DNA from: an uncultured bacterium
GTDB taxonomy: Bacteria; Chloroflexota; UBA5177; JANWHV01
Direction: 5' to 3'
DNA: 64,000 nt
Assembly: GCA_963729625.1 (NCBI GenBank)
Contig: CAVSOU010000011.1
Location: 576,001-640,000, forward strand
Shown here one piece after another: positions 49,529-59,494 of this stretch; within the stretch, counting starts at the first letter, position 1, and every line of letters begins with the position of its first letter. Position numbers and translations under genes: made by a program. The notes beneath the pieces are model-generated. The model was not told the origin of the DNA. It was given only the letters and a program-made list of their open reading frames with translations, and made no database searches.

Positions 49529-50695
49529 ATGGAACAGCGTTCGACTACGACACAACCTGTTCGCGTAGCAATCATCGGCGCATCCGCGCGTTCCGACTAC
49601 ATATACGGCCCAATACTCAAGGCACTACCGAAGGACGTAGAATTGGTAGCGGTCTGGGGCCGCAGCGAGGAATCGGCGCGGCGGCGCGGTGCGAGCCTCC
49701 AGGTGCCCTGGTACACCGACATGGATCGCTTGGCTCGCGAAACGGAGCCGCAGATCGGCGTAGTGTCCGTGGCCGCCGAGGCGAATGGCCAGGTGGGCCT
49801 CATGGCCGTCGAGCACGGCTTGCACGTACTCCTGGAGACGCCTATCGCCCACAAGCTTCGCGAGGCTGACAACATTATCGCCGCCGCTGCGCACCGCGGC
49901 GTCAAGATCGAGGTTGCTGAACAGTTCCACCGTCGGCCTCTCGAGCAGATCAAGTTACGGCTGATCGCCTCAGGACTCTTCGGGCGCGTCTATACAGCGT
50001 TTAATGACTTTGCAGGCCATGGCTACCATGGTGTAAGCGTGCTGCGCAGCTACTTGGGATTCGACGCTGTGCCGGCCCAGGTGACCGGTGCGGTGCGCTC
50101 CTTCGACCTGGCGCCACACTGGTCGCGACTGGCCGAAACCAGGGGGCCACGTACGGAAACACAGGAGTATGGCCTTATCGAATTCGCCGACGATCGGTTA
50201 GGCATTTTCCAATGGACCGACGTGGGCTATGACTCGGCACTGCGGTGGTGGCGCAGTAGCCGGTTCTTGGCGGAGAAGGGTATGGGTATCAGCGTGGGCG
50301 TCGGAATTGAGGTGGACGAGCGCTTATCGCTCCTGGCACCGGGCGATGAGGCACCACGTTTCATCACGCTGGAACGACGGTGGGAGCGGAATGATGGCGG
50401 TGCCCTCGTGGCACTTGTCGCACACACAGGCGATCCCGATCAGCCTCTCGTACGATGGGACAATCCGTTCGCCTCGAAGGTCAGGGGCCACGGTGTGCAA
50501 TGGCATGATGACGAGATCGGCGTCGCCAGTTGTCTGATGAGCCTGATCACAGCGGTGCGGGAAGGCGTCAAGCCGAGCTACGGTGCGGACCAGGCACGGC
50601 TGGATCAGGAGATTGTCCTGGCTATACGCCAATCGTCATGTGACGGTGGCCGGCCGGTCGCCCTCCCCTTGGATCCGGACACGGAGATCCTGTAA
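49529..50695 (+). CDS. Gfo/Idh/MocA family oxidoreductase
   Basis: VAIIGAS, VLLETP, VAEQF, HGYHGVS. Confidence 0.82.
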   Translation: MEQRSTTTQPVRVAIIGASARSDYIYGPILKALPKDVELVAVWGRSEESARRRGASLQVPWYTDMDRLARETEPQIGVVSVAAEANGQVGLMAVEHGLHVLLETPIAHKLREADNIIAAAAHRGVKIEVAEQFHRRPLEQIKLRLIASGLFGRVYTAFNDFAGHGYHGVSVLRSYLGFDAVPAQVTGAVRSFDLAPHWSRLAETRGPRTETQEYGLIEFADDRLGIFQWTDVGYDSALRWWRSSRFLAEKGMGISVGVGIEVDERLSLLAPGDEAPRFITLERRWERNDGGALVALVAHTGDPDQPLVRWDNPFASKVRGHGVQWHDDEIGVASCLMSLITAVREGVKPSYGADQARLDQEIVLAIRQSSCDGGRPVALPLDPDTEIL

Positions 50696-50943
50696 GGCAG
50701 CTCGATGGAAAGCTGTGTGACTGCCGATTCGCGCAAACGCTGTGCACTTGCAGGGCAAGGGCCAGGCGTTCACCTATTTTGGTCAGCGGCGCACGGTTCT
50801 TACTGACTGATGGCCTGGTTCTCGCTCCATATCGGCTGCTGTGGTTGGTCCCCAGTGACGCTCTGTGATCGATGCCGCGTGATGCAGACGGACGCAACCG
50901 GCTCCAATACGCGGGTAAAGAAACACAATGAGGAGACGCAAGC

Positions 50944-52308
50944 ATGGAAACCGGAACGAGGGGCGACCTTCTAGCGGGTCTCACCCACTGGCGCGAGGCA
51001 CGCAGCGCCCGTGCCTCAAGCTGGGATCCTAGCGGTCGTAACCAGGACAACTGGATCATTCCGCCTGGAGAAAGCATCGTACTGGCCGACATTGAAGGGC
51101 CTGGTTGCATCACGCACATCTGGATGACACAGTTCTGTCGCCGTGTGCTTGGGCCTAGCCTACTCAACCCGGTGCAGGTGGGTCAGACGGTACCTGTTTT
51201 GGAGATACATAACGCGCTTGGTCTGAACTGGGAGGCACCTGATCCCGACTACTATCGCAAGGTGCTTTTCAAGATCTATTGGGACGACCAGGAGCACCCA
51301 GGCGTGCTGGCTCCCTTGGGCGACTTTTTCTGTATCGGGCACTCAGTGCCCGGGAACTTCGCCTCGACCCCCTTCACGGTCTCTTCCAAAGAAGGGGAGC
51401 GGCACACTTTCGGCGGGACTGCGGCGCTCAACTGCTACCTACAGATGCCGTTCAATGCGCGTGCGCGAATCGAGATCGAGAACCAGAACGACATCCCGTA
51501 CGGACAGTACTTTTACATTGACTACGAACTGTACAAGGAGCCGCTGGCGGCCGACGTTGTCTATTTGCACGCGCAGTGGCGACGCGAGAATCCGTGCTCG
51601 GGATGGGCTCCAGATATCCAGGTCAACAGTCCCGAGGCCAATGTCGTGAACCTCGACGGCAAAGACAACTATGTGCTTCTGGAAGCAGAAGGTCGTGGCC
51701 ACTACATCGGGTGCAATCTCTCGGTGAACCACTTCCAGGGCAGCTGGTGGGGTGAAGGCGACGACATGATCTTCATCGATGGCGAAGACTGGCCGCCCAG
51801 TCTACATGGCACCGGCAGCGAGGACTACTTCGGCCATGCCTGGGGTATGCAAACGAACGCGTATCCTACGAATGGGTCCATCCTGCACGAGAGCGTCATG
51901 CCCGGCTATCAGGTGAGCTATCGCTTCCACTTGGCGGACCCAGTGCGGTTCCAGAGAGGCATCCGCGTCACGATGGAACACGGACACGGCAATCACTTAT
52001 CCGATGACTGGTCATCCACCGCGTATTGGTATCAGTCACTGCCGTCCAAACCATTTACCATTCTTCCAGTTGAACAACGCCTGCCTATCCACCCGACCTT
52101 TTCGGCAGTGCCCGCAGGCGGGGCCGGCCCGATCGGCACTGTGGAACTGAATGACGAGATGCGCAGAATGCGTGCCAGCCAGCAAGAGCGCTACGCCACG
52201 TATCTGGAAAACCGCAATGCCGTGCTTGATAGACGGATCGAGGACACACGCATGCGGTCAGAGTTGAACCGCGAACATGCTCAGCGGATCCGGCGCGCGT
52301 TCCGCTGA
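50944..52308 (+). CDS. GH172 (DUF2961) alpha-D-fructofuranosidase/arabinofuranosidase, difructose dianhydride I hydrolase-like
   Basis: SSWDPSGRNQD, GPGCITHIWMT, PLGDFF, WWGEGDDM, GTGSEDYF, YRFHLADP, EHGHGN, AYWYQ, long C-terminal helix. Confidence 0.9.
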   Translation: METGTRGDLLAGLTHWREARSARASSWDPSGRNQDNWIIPPGESIVLADIEGPGCITHIWMTQFCRRVLGPSLLNPVQVGQTVPVLEIHNALGLNWEAPDPDYYRKVLFKIYWDDQEHPGVLAPLGDFFCIGHSVPGNFASTPFTVSSKEGERHTFGGTAALNCYLQMPFNARARIEIENQNDIPYGQYFYIDYELYKEPLAADVVYLHAQWRRENPCSGWAPDIQVNSPEANVVNLDGKDNYVLLEAEGRGHYIGCNLSVNHFQGSWWGEGDDMIFIDGEDWPPSLHGTGSEDYFGHAWGMQTNAYPTNGSILHESVMPGYQVSYRFHLADPVRFQRGIRVTMEHGHGNHLSDDWSSTAYWYQSLPSKPFTILPVEQRLPIHPTFSAVPAGGAGPIGTVELNDEMRRMRASQQERYATYLENRNAVLDRRIEDTRMRSELNREHAQRIRRAFR

Positions 52309-52546
52309 GGTCTTCCAGCAACGAGTCTAGACCGAATGCCCCCATCCCACGTGTCGGCCCTGCTGTATGAACGCGAATCCAGAGTATACCCGGTAGACGA
52401 TGCGGTTGCCGTACGTTGGGCAATTCATGTAGCAATGACTGACCAGAGGGCACCGTGCGCAGGAATATGCCTCGAATTACTATGGGCGGAGATTCTGACG
52501 GGTGAGCGCAGACCGCGTCGACTCGGCTCGATGGTAGGAGGAATCT

Positions 52547-54064
52547 ATGATTGATGCTGATAGACCTCGTTGTCACCTCACAGCGCCGGCCGGGTGGATG
52601 AACGATCCAAACGGCGCAATTCAGTGGAAGGGCCGCTACCACATCTTCTACCAGCACAACCCAGAGGGTCCGTATTGGGGGTCCATCCACTGGGGACATG
52701 CGGTGAGCTACGATCTCGCCCACTGGACGCATCTTCCCGTGGCTTTAGCGCCAACGCCCAACAGTCCTGATGCGAACGGATGCTGGTCGGGTTACGCGGT
52801 GGTGCAGGATGGCGTTCCGCATCTGATGTACACGGGCGTTCGCAAGAGCCCAACCGGGGACTACTGCCAATCGCAGTGCATCGCCAGCAGTAACGACGAC
52901 CTACTTACCTGGAACAAGGCGCCCGACAACCCGGTCATCGCCGCGCCCCCAGACGGGATGAAGGTCCTGGGCTTCCGAGACCCCTTTGTATGGAGAGAAG
53001 GCGCTCACTGGTACTGTATTCTAGGCACAAGCGTCTTGGGCGTGGGGCCAGCCGCCTTCCTGTACACGTCGACTGACCTGCGTCATTGGGACTATCTCAA
53101 GCCCCTGCTTGTGGGCGACGTCAGGCAGACTTCGCCAGTCTGGACTGGCTCCCAATGGGAGTGTCCTCAGTTCATTCCTCTGGGCGAAAAGTATGTCCTC
53201 CTTGTCGGAATCTGTGACGACGTTGGCCCGCGCTTCAGCACTGCCTACTTCGTTGGCACGTATGCCAATCAGACGTTCGTGCCGGAGGCGGTGAGGAGGT
53301 TCGACCTTGGCCCGGACTATTACGCTCCAATGGCCATGCGCGACGACACCGGGAGAACACTCCTTTGGGGCTGGGTGCGCGAGGCCCGATCTACGCGCGA
53401 CCAGCAGGTTCTCTGGCAGGACAGTCCGGCCCAGCGGCAAGCGGGCTGGGCTGGCGTGCTAAGTGTGCCCCGCGTGCTCACCTTACGCACCGATGGTCTG
53501 CTTGGGGTGGCGCCTGCGCCCGAGCTGGAGTTGCTGCGCGCCCACCACTGGCGACGCACCCACCTCGACCTGACCCCAGCTTCGCGCCATCTACTCCAAG
53601 ACATCAGCGGAGACTGCCTGGAGATAGCTGCGGTCATCGACATGGGTGAGGCTGACGTGTGCGGCATGAAGGTGCGGTGCTCGCCCGATGACGAGGAGCA
53701 AACCGTGATCTCGTACTCCAAATCTGCACAGGAACTTAGTATTGATAGGACCCGGTCGAGCCGCAACCTCGAGGCCGTGGGCGCTCGCGAGGGCGGCACG
53801 CTCGTGCTATATGACCATGAGCCTTTGACCCTGCGCGTGTTTCTCGACCGCTCGATCATTGAGGTGTTTGCCAACGAGCGCGCGTGCCTGACCGCACGCA
53901 TCTACCCCACGCGGCCCGATAGCCTCGGCTTCGATCTGTTTGCCGTAGGTAGGCGCGCCCACGCCGAGTACATCGACGTCTGGACTCTAGAGGTTGGCGA
54001 TGACGCTAACTCAAGAGGCGCCGATAAAGCGACTGCAGGCAGCGCAGGTTCGGTCGATATCTGA
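52547..54064 (+). CDS. GH32 beta-fructofuranosidase
   Basis: WMNDPNG, WSG, FRDP and WECP catalytic motifs, plus C-terminal beta-sandwich (DRSIIEVFAN). Confidence 0.95.
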   Translation: MIDADRPRCHLTAPAGWMNDPNGAIQWKGRYHIFYQHNPEGPYWGSIHWGHAVSYDLAHWTHLPVALAPTPNSPDANGCWSGYAVVQDGVPHLMYTGVRKSPTGDYCQSQCIASSNDDLLTWNKAPDNPVIAAPPDGMKVLGFRDPFVWREGAHWYCILGTSVLGVGPAAFLYTSTDLRHWDYLKPLLVGDVRQTSPVWTGSQWECPQFIPLGEKYVLLVGICDDVGPRFSTAYFVGTYANQTFVPEAVRRFDLGPDYYAPMAMRDDTGRTLLWGWVREARSTRDQQVLWQDSPAQRQAGWAGVLSVPRVLTLRTDGLLGVAPAPELELLRAHHWRRTHLDLTPASRHLLQDISGDCLEIAAVIDMGEADVCGMKVRCSPDDEEQTVISYSKSAQELSIDRTRSSRNLEAVGAREGGTLVLYDHEPLTLRVFLDRSIIEVFANERACLTARIYPTRPDSLGFDLFAVGRRAHAEYIDVWTLEVGDDANSRGADKATAGSAGSVDI

Positions 54065-54376
54065 AAAGTGATGGCTTTCTCGACGAGGCTATGAGGCATC
54101 AGCAGGGAGCCGCCGGCGGCAAGGCCGCCAGCCGCCTTGGCTACGTGGAGAGGAAGGTGCGACGATCCATGCGGTTCCCGCTAATGGAGGGCACGCTCGG
54201 CGGAATAGAACGCTGAGGCAGAGCTTTCATGTCCAGTCCCCCAATACCTACTGGTGGCCGACCAGGAATCTTGCTGCCGCGCGTGGGTGCTGAGTGCGGC
54301 GCCCGGCACGGGTCGATCGCTGCAGTGCGGCCACTTGGCGATGGGCGTCCTCAAGCTCACCCTCAACCCGCACTAG

Positions 54377-55719
54377 CGTAGATTGGACAATTGAGCCTCG
54401 CAATAAGGAAGGATCGCGCATCCTGGAAGGTAGTATCAAAGCCAAAACCAGGAAGGCGATCCCATGGCAAGTGTACCAAGCGGCCGGATGTCGGCGAGCG
54501 GACCGACCAATGTCGTGCAACTGCCCGCGCTCTTGGCGTATGCGCAAGGGCTGGGTTTGGAGCGGTATTTGCACCGTGCCAAGCGGGGGCTGTCCAGTCT
54601 GAGCCTGGCGTTGCTCTGGCTGGTGTTGGCCTGGCGGGGCAGCGGGCGGCCGTACCATCTGCGGCTGCTGGCGGAGCCCTTACTGCCGGTGCTGCTGGGA
54701 CTGCGCCGCCTGCCCTGTGCGCGGACCCTGGCACGGAGTGTGCGAGCGTTCTCCGCCCACGACCTGCGCCGGGCGGTGGAGGCCACCTACCAGGCCAGTC
54801 TGACGCGCCGCTGCGGGCGGGTGTGGGTGGCCCTGGATGCCCACCAGCTGCCGTACTGGGGCCGGGGCAAGCTGACGCGCTTCCTCAAAGGGTGGGCGGG
54901 CGGACGCAGTCGGCGGCTACGCGGCTATCGCCTCTACCTGGCCGTGGACACCGGCACGGGCCAGGTGATCACCTACGTCCTGGGGCGGGGCCGGCACCGG
55001 GAAGCGGCCTTGGCTGCCGTGCTCGCCCGCCGCGTGCGCCCGGTGCTGGGACAGCGGCGACTGGCCGGCATCGTCGCCGATTGCGGCTTTACCAGTCGCG
55101 CCTCGGTGGCCGCGCTCGCTGCCACCCGCATCCCCTGCATCGTGGGTTTCGCCCGCTCCAAACCCATTCGTGCTCGTCTGGCCGCACTCGGGCCGCAGCA
55201 GTGGCGCTGGCTGCGCCGGGGCGGTGCGGTGCGCCTGGGTGCCTGCCCCTGGGATGACCGCCTGCAGCTCTTCGCCTTAGGTGCCCGCACCGGCAGCGAC
55301 CGCCGGGGACCATGGGTCTACTGCACCAGCCTGCGCACCGTGGGTCCCCAGCGCCTGGCTGACCTCTATCGCCAGCGCTGGCGGGTCGAGCAAACGTTCG
55401 AGGAACTCCTGCACGGCCATGACCTCGACCACCTGGTCAGCTACCGCCTCCATCCCAACCGCATCGCCGTCGGCTTTCGCCTCCTGGCCCGCAGCCTGGC
55501 CCTGGGTTACCAACTCCACCAGCAGGCTGGCCGCGCCGCTCCCCTGGCCGAACCCTTGGCCTTCCGGGCTCGCTGTGTCGACGGCCTCGGCATCTTCACG
55601 CTCGAGCAGCACGCCATCACCCTTGTCGCCTGGGATGGGGCGCAGGTGCCCTCCTGCCACTTGCCTTGGTCCGGCGTCACCATCGCGGCCGCCGCCTGAC
55701 CCCAAATGTCCAATCTACG
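54377..55719 (+). mobile_element. Insertion sequence, IS4-superfamily (IS701-like targeting), 1343 bp
   Basis: Terminal IRs CGTAGATTGGACAATTG / CAAATGTCCAATCTACG (16 of 17 match), flanked by CTAG on both sides (54373-54376, 55720-55723). Confidence 0.9.
54464..55699 (+). CDS. DDE transposase
   Basis: VALDAHQ, IVADCGF and YRQRWRVEQTF (Y-2-R-3-E signature), inside the IRs. Confidence 0.88.
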   Translation: MASVPSGRMSASGPTNVVQLPALLAYAQGLGLERYLHRAKRGLSSLSLALLWLVLAWRGSGRPYHLRLLAEPLLPVLLGLRRLPCARTLARSVRAFSAHDLRRAVEATYQASLTRRCGRVWVALDAHQLPYWGRGKLTRFLKGWAGGRSRRLRGYRLYLAVDTGTGQVITYVLGRGRHREAALAAVLARRVRPVLGQRRLAGIVADCGFTSRASVAALAATRIPCIVGFARSKPIRARLAALGPQQWRWLRRGGAVRLGACPWDDRLQLFALGARTGSDRRGPWVYCTSLRTVGPQRLADLYRQRWRVEQTFEELLHGHDLDHLVSYRLHPNRIAVGFRLLARSLALGYQLHQQAGRAAPLAEPLAFRARCVDGLGIFTLEQHAITLVAWDGAQVPSCHLPWSGVTIAAAA

Positions 55720-55815
55720 CTAGCCGCGCGCAAGCACATGGGCTACCAGACGCTGCTCAAGCAGTTCATCAACGAACGCCTCTACGAGGAGGAGAAGCGG
55801 GCGGGTATCCGCTGA
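55720..55815 (+). pseudogene. 3' half of a CopG/BrnA-type RHH antitoxin interrupted by the IS
   Basis: Removing the IS and one CTAG gives ALAARKHMGYQTLLKQFINERLYEEEKRAGIR*; the part upstream of the IS is degenerate. Confidence 0.65.
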
Positions 55816-56404
55816 GGACGACACGAAATGCAGGCTCCCTCAGCTATTCGCGCTGCGGGACCAATACTGGCACTCTGCGCCGCCTGTTGCCATTTGCACG
55901 GAACTCTGTGCCGCCCGTTGCTTGAGTCACGGCTTGTCGAGTGATCGGTGGCCAAGAAGCACCTTATGCCAACTTGTCCTACGCCGAAGCGCCAACTCAT
56001 CTCCGCGCGCAAGAGCGGCACATGCTGGTCGTGAAGCAGCTTGAGGACCGCGCGCAGCTCCTTCACCAACCATAGATCATCCAGCAGGATCGTGCACAAC
56101 TGATTAGGCGTTGCCTTGAGCAAGCCACGCCGGTCACGTTGCGCATGAATACGAAGCGTACGGCCAGGGTAGCGCGGTGCGCGCGTCCTGAAGGACGATG
56201 CCGGCCCGGGCAGAAGTGTGCCCGGATCAGCTCAACGCCGACAGTCCATGCTGATACGAGTGCGCGGTGCCTGAGCTCCCCGCTTGTGACGTCCAACCCC
56301 CTCACAATGTACTGTCAGTAATATCCTATGTACTGATGGTCATGCACTTGCTATCATGAGTGCCTGATGGATGCGCCCCGCAGACGAGAGACAAGGCGAG
56401 GACC

Positions 56405-56620
56405 ATGGTCAACGAGACAGCGATACAGGCACGTTTGCGACAGACCGAACAGCAACTGGAGGCTATCCACGCGCGCATAGGCCCGCTGCAGCAAGCGGTA
56501 AGCTGCGGCTCGGCCGGCTGGGAGGCGGCGCTCGAAGCGCTGGCATTCTTCTACAAACGCCGGCGAGCGCTGGAAGCCGAGCGGGAGAGCCTGCACTGGG
56601 TGCTTGCGCCCGAGCAGTAG
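56405..56620 (+). CDS. Small hypothetical coiled-coil protein
   Basis: RBS GAGGA before ATG; helical heptad-like sequence ARLRQTEQQLEAIHARI. Confidence 0.45.
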   Translation: MVNETAIQARLRQTEQQLEAIHARIGPLQQAVSCGSAGWEAALEALAFFYKRRRALEAERESLHWVLAPEQ

Positions 56621-57119
56621 GTACCAAGGCTGGACGCCGTCATCGGGCGCATTGAGTCCGAGGTCGGCAGCCTGAGCGCGCACACCGTCATGCACATGGC
56701 TGGCGCGCTGTGCGTCCAGTCGCAACGCTGATCATGCATGCACACGAACGGTCTGCGTCCCGAACACGGCCCAACCCATCGAACCGGTGTACACCTGCGG
56801 CACTGCTCACGCGCGAAACAACAGGTCCATGGCCTCACGATCGCTGCTTGGCGCCATCCGCCGTTCGACCGGGCCCAAGCAACTCGTCGTGGTCGGCCAA
56901 TCCGTGGCTGTCGATGCGTGCGCCTATCGGCAAGGATGAGCGCTCGGCCATAAGTTCTATCTTCTCACAGGTCGCTTCGAGAGCATGCTATGTTCAAGCG
57001 TGTCCCGCGCGCAAGCTGTGGCCCGTGCAGATCGCCAGGTCCGTGGCCCGCGCTTGACGGAGCGACTGGCAGCCGGGACGCAGGCGATGCCGGTAGAGGT
57101 AGCCCTTTGGCCCCCCGCC

Positions 57120-57201
57120 GCCACCGCTTGCCGCCAGCCCATTTGAGCGGCGGCTTCAGGCTGCCAGCGCCCGCTGACGTGGGCTCAGTGGTCTTCGGCA
57201 T
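57120..57201 (-). pseudogene. N-terminal fragment of Dam/D12-class DNA adenine methyltransferase
   Basis: LKPPLKWAGGKRW motif, then unrelated sequence. Confidence 0.65.
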
Positions 57202-57318
57202 GTCGCGCACGAACAGATTGATCGCCGTGCCGCCCTTGACCGCGAACGTGTCGTCGACGAGCACCAGCGGCACGACGCGCGTCAACAGCCGCGCGCTGTC
57301 GAGATAGACCTGGTTCAT
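57196..57318 (-). pseudogene. N-terminal fragment of AbiEii nucleotidyltransferase toxin
   Basis: MNQVYLDSARLL...FAVKGGTAINLFVRDMP, truncated before the RxSxDID motif. Confidence 0.8.
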
Positions 57319-57500
57319 GGCTTCAACACCAGAAGCCTGTCAGCCGAGCGCGACACCCAAGGCCGGTCGCTGCCCTTCGGCCATTGCGACGGATCGAGCT
57401 TGCCGGCCCAGGGCTGGGAGAGCTCGCGGCCGAGCTGTAGGCAGAGGCGGACAGTCTTGCTTGCGTTTAGCGAACGGAACGGTGAGGCGCGCGGCACGCG
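57315..57500 (-). pseudogene. C-terminal fragment of AbiEi antitoxin
   Basis: KTVRLCLQLGRELSQPWAGKLD...SDRPWVSRS; its stop overlaps the AbiEii ATG (ATGA). Confidence 0.65.
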
Positions 57501-57546
57501 GTCCCAGTCGTCGCACAATGCAGCCAGCGATGTGTGCGGCCGCGCC

Positions 57547-59298
57547 TCAGCCGACGACGAACGGCGCTTTGAAGCTCGTGACGTTCTCGCCATCGCTGGC
57601 GATCAGCCGCAGCAGATAATGGCCGGGTTTCATGGGCGACGCAGGCTGCACGATGACGGTCCTCCCCTTGACAATCGGGTCCTTCATCTCCGGCAGCTCT
57701 GCCGCGACCGGCGCGCCAGACGCATCCGTCGCGAGCACCACCGCTTCCACGCTCGCGTCGGCCGGTAGCGGCGCCGCGAATGTGACTACGATCGGCGACG
57801 TGGGCGACATGCGGCCTCCAGGAGGCGGGCTCATCTGCACAACGGTCGGGAAGGTCCCGATAATTGTCACACCCGGCAGTGGTTTCGTCGGCAGGACGGT
57901 CGGCCCGACGACGGGCGTGGGAGCGGCGCGCACGGTATAGGTCGCCTTGTAGAACACGCTGCCGCCCGAGAGCGTGGTCACGCCGACGCTAAGGATGTAC
58001 GTGCCCGGCTTCAGGGACTGCTGCGGCAACAGCGCGATCGTCGCCGTGTTGCCGCGCACCACCGGATCGGCCACCGGGCCCGGCTTGCTCGAGCTACGCA
58101 GCATGATCACGATACTGGCTCCCGTGGGGAGCGGCAGCGCGAACGTAACCGTCAAGGTGGGTGATGGGGACAGCACCGCGCCGGGCGGCGGCGTCACGCT
58201 GGTAATGCCCGGCACGTTGCCGCTGCCGATCGCGGGCAGCGGATCCGATTGCGCGGCAGCCGACAGCGCCCGTCCATAGGTGAGGATCGCGCCGCGGTCG
58301 CCGGCCGCAAACGTTGCCTGCCGTAGCCCGCATGCCGCCATGGCCAGCGAGCCCTGCACCGAGGCGTCCGACAGCTGTTCGCTCACCGTCGTGGCGTCTT
58401 GCGTGCTGGCGCCCGAACACCGACCGATCACGCTCACAGTGCGGGGGATGCCGGTGCCAGTGAACACCAGGTGTGCCTTGCCCAGGTGACCGGAGTACGC
58501 GAGCGTGACTGTCCCGGTCGCGTCGGTAGTGAGGCCGGTTGACGGCAGTGCGTCTCCGGCGAAGGTCCGGTAGGCGACGAGCCCGAGCGCCGCATTGCTG
58601 CCGGCGTACGCGGTGAGACGGACCGTGCCGCCGCCGCTCGATGCCCCTGCGTCAATCGACACGCCCGCGGAAGGCGCCGCTGCTTTCGCCGCGCTTACAT
58701 TTGTCGCGTAGGTCGCGAGCTGCGAGACGTCGCCAGATCGCGGCAGGGACACATTCGTGCCGCTGTAGAGATACGATGCCTGCGACCCCAGTGTAGCATG
58801 CAACGCGCCTTCGCAGGGGAGGCTGAGGTCAAGCTTTGCCGCCGCCACGGAGACCGCGCGCGTGACCGTTGTGGCAGCGAGGCCTAGGCAGGGATCCGCG
58901 GGCATGCTTATATACGCGGGCCTGCCGGTGGTGGTCCAGCGCACGGCGATATGTCCATAGCGTCCGAGGTCGGCGTGCGTGTCGAGCGTGGCGCCAGTGG
59001 CGCTCAGCACGAGATCGGCCGCGGGCACCAAAAACGTGAAGCTGCCGCCGGACAGGCCCGACGATTCGCCGAGGGACACGACGATGGACACGGTCTTGTC
59101 GTCGTTGGCGCGGCGGACTGCCAGTGACACTGCTCGTGGGGCCGCTACGCCGGGCAGCGAGCCCTGGAGCGACGCGGCGAAGTCGCTGCCGGCAGGCGAT
59201 GCCGGCGCGGCATGCGATCGTGCCGGCGACGGCATGCCGGGCAACAACGCCGCCAGGACGGCAGCGCATCCGATGCGGAGTAATCGTCGATCAGCCAC
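57547..59298 (-). CDS. Secreted protein with two C-terminal Ig-like (Big_5/CopC-like) repeats
   Basis: Signal peptide; duplicated SVTPPPGAVL..TVTFALPL..LKPGTY / QMSPPPGGRM..VVTFAAPL..MKPGHY. Confidence 0.7.
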   Translation of the reverse strand: MADRRLLRIGCAAVLAALLPGMPSPARSHAAPASPAGSDFAASLQGSLPGVAAPRAVSLAVRRANDDKTVSIVVSLGESSGLSGGSFTFLVPAADLVLSATGATLDTHADLGRYGHIAVRWTTTGRPAYISMPADPCLGLAATTVTRAVSVAAAKLDLSLPCEGALHATLGSQASYLYSGTNVSLPRSGDVSQLATYATNVSAAKAAAPSAGVSIDAGASSGGGTVRLTAYAGSNAALGLVAYRTFAGDALPSTGLTTDATGTVTLAYSGHLGKAHLVFTGTGIPRTVSVIGRCSGASTQDATTVSEQLSDASVQGSLAMAACGLRQATFAAGDRGAILTYGRALSAAAQSDPLPAIGSGNVPGITSVTPPPGAVLSPSPTLTVTFALPLPTGASIVIMLRSSSKPGPVADPVVRGNTATIALLPQQSLKPGTYILSVGVTTLSGGSVFYKATYTVRAAPTPVVGPTVLPTKPLPGVTIIGTFPTVVQMSPPPGGRMSPTSPIVVTFAAPLPADASVEAVVLATDASGAPVAAELPEMKDPIVKGRTVIVQPASPMKPGHYLLRLIASDGENVTSFKAPFVVG

Positions 59299-59494
59299 CT
59301 GTCGATCCCTTCGCTATGCCGCAACATTCCCCGCGTTCTCCCGCGCGACGTGTGCCGGTGCCCGGGCCGCGGAACGCACGTCGCGGCAGCCGGCCAGGGA
59401 GAGCCGACGGCGTCTGTGTGTTGGCCCAAGCGTCCGGAAGCGCCGGCCGGCAAGGCGCCGCGAGCCAGCTCACCTGCGCGGGTTGATTGCGCGC

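Noticed and set aside
54130-54372. BrnT toxin remnant upstream of the IS
   Set aside because: Only a faint resemblance (YVERK); too degenerate to call.
55820-56330. Minus-strand ORFs 55782-56123 and 56063-56305
   Set aside because: Possibly a decayed gene, but no family could be recognised.
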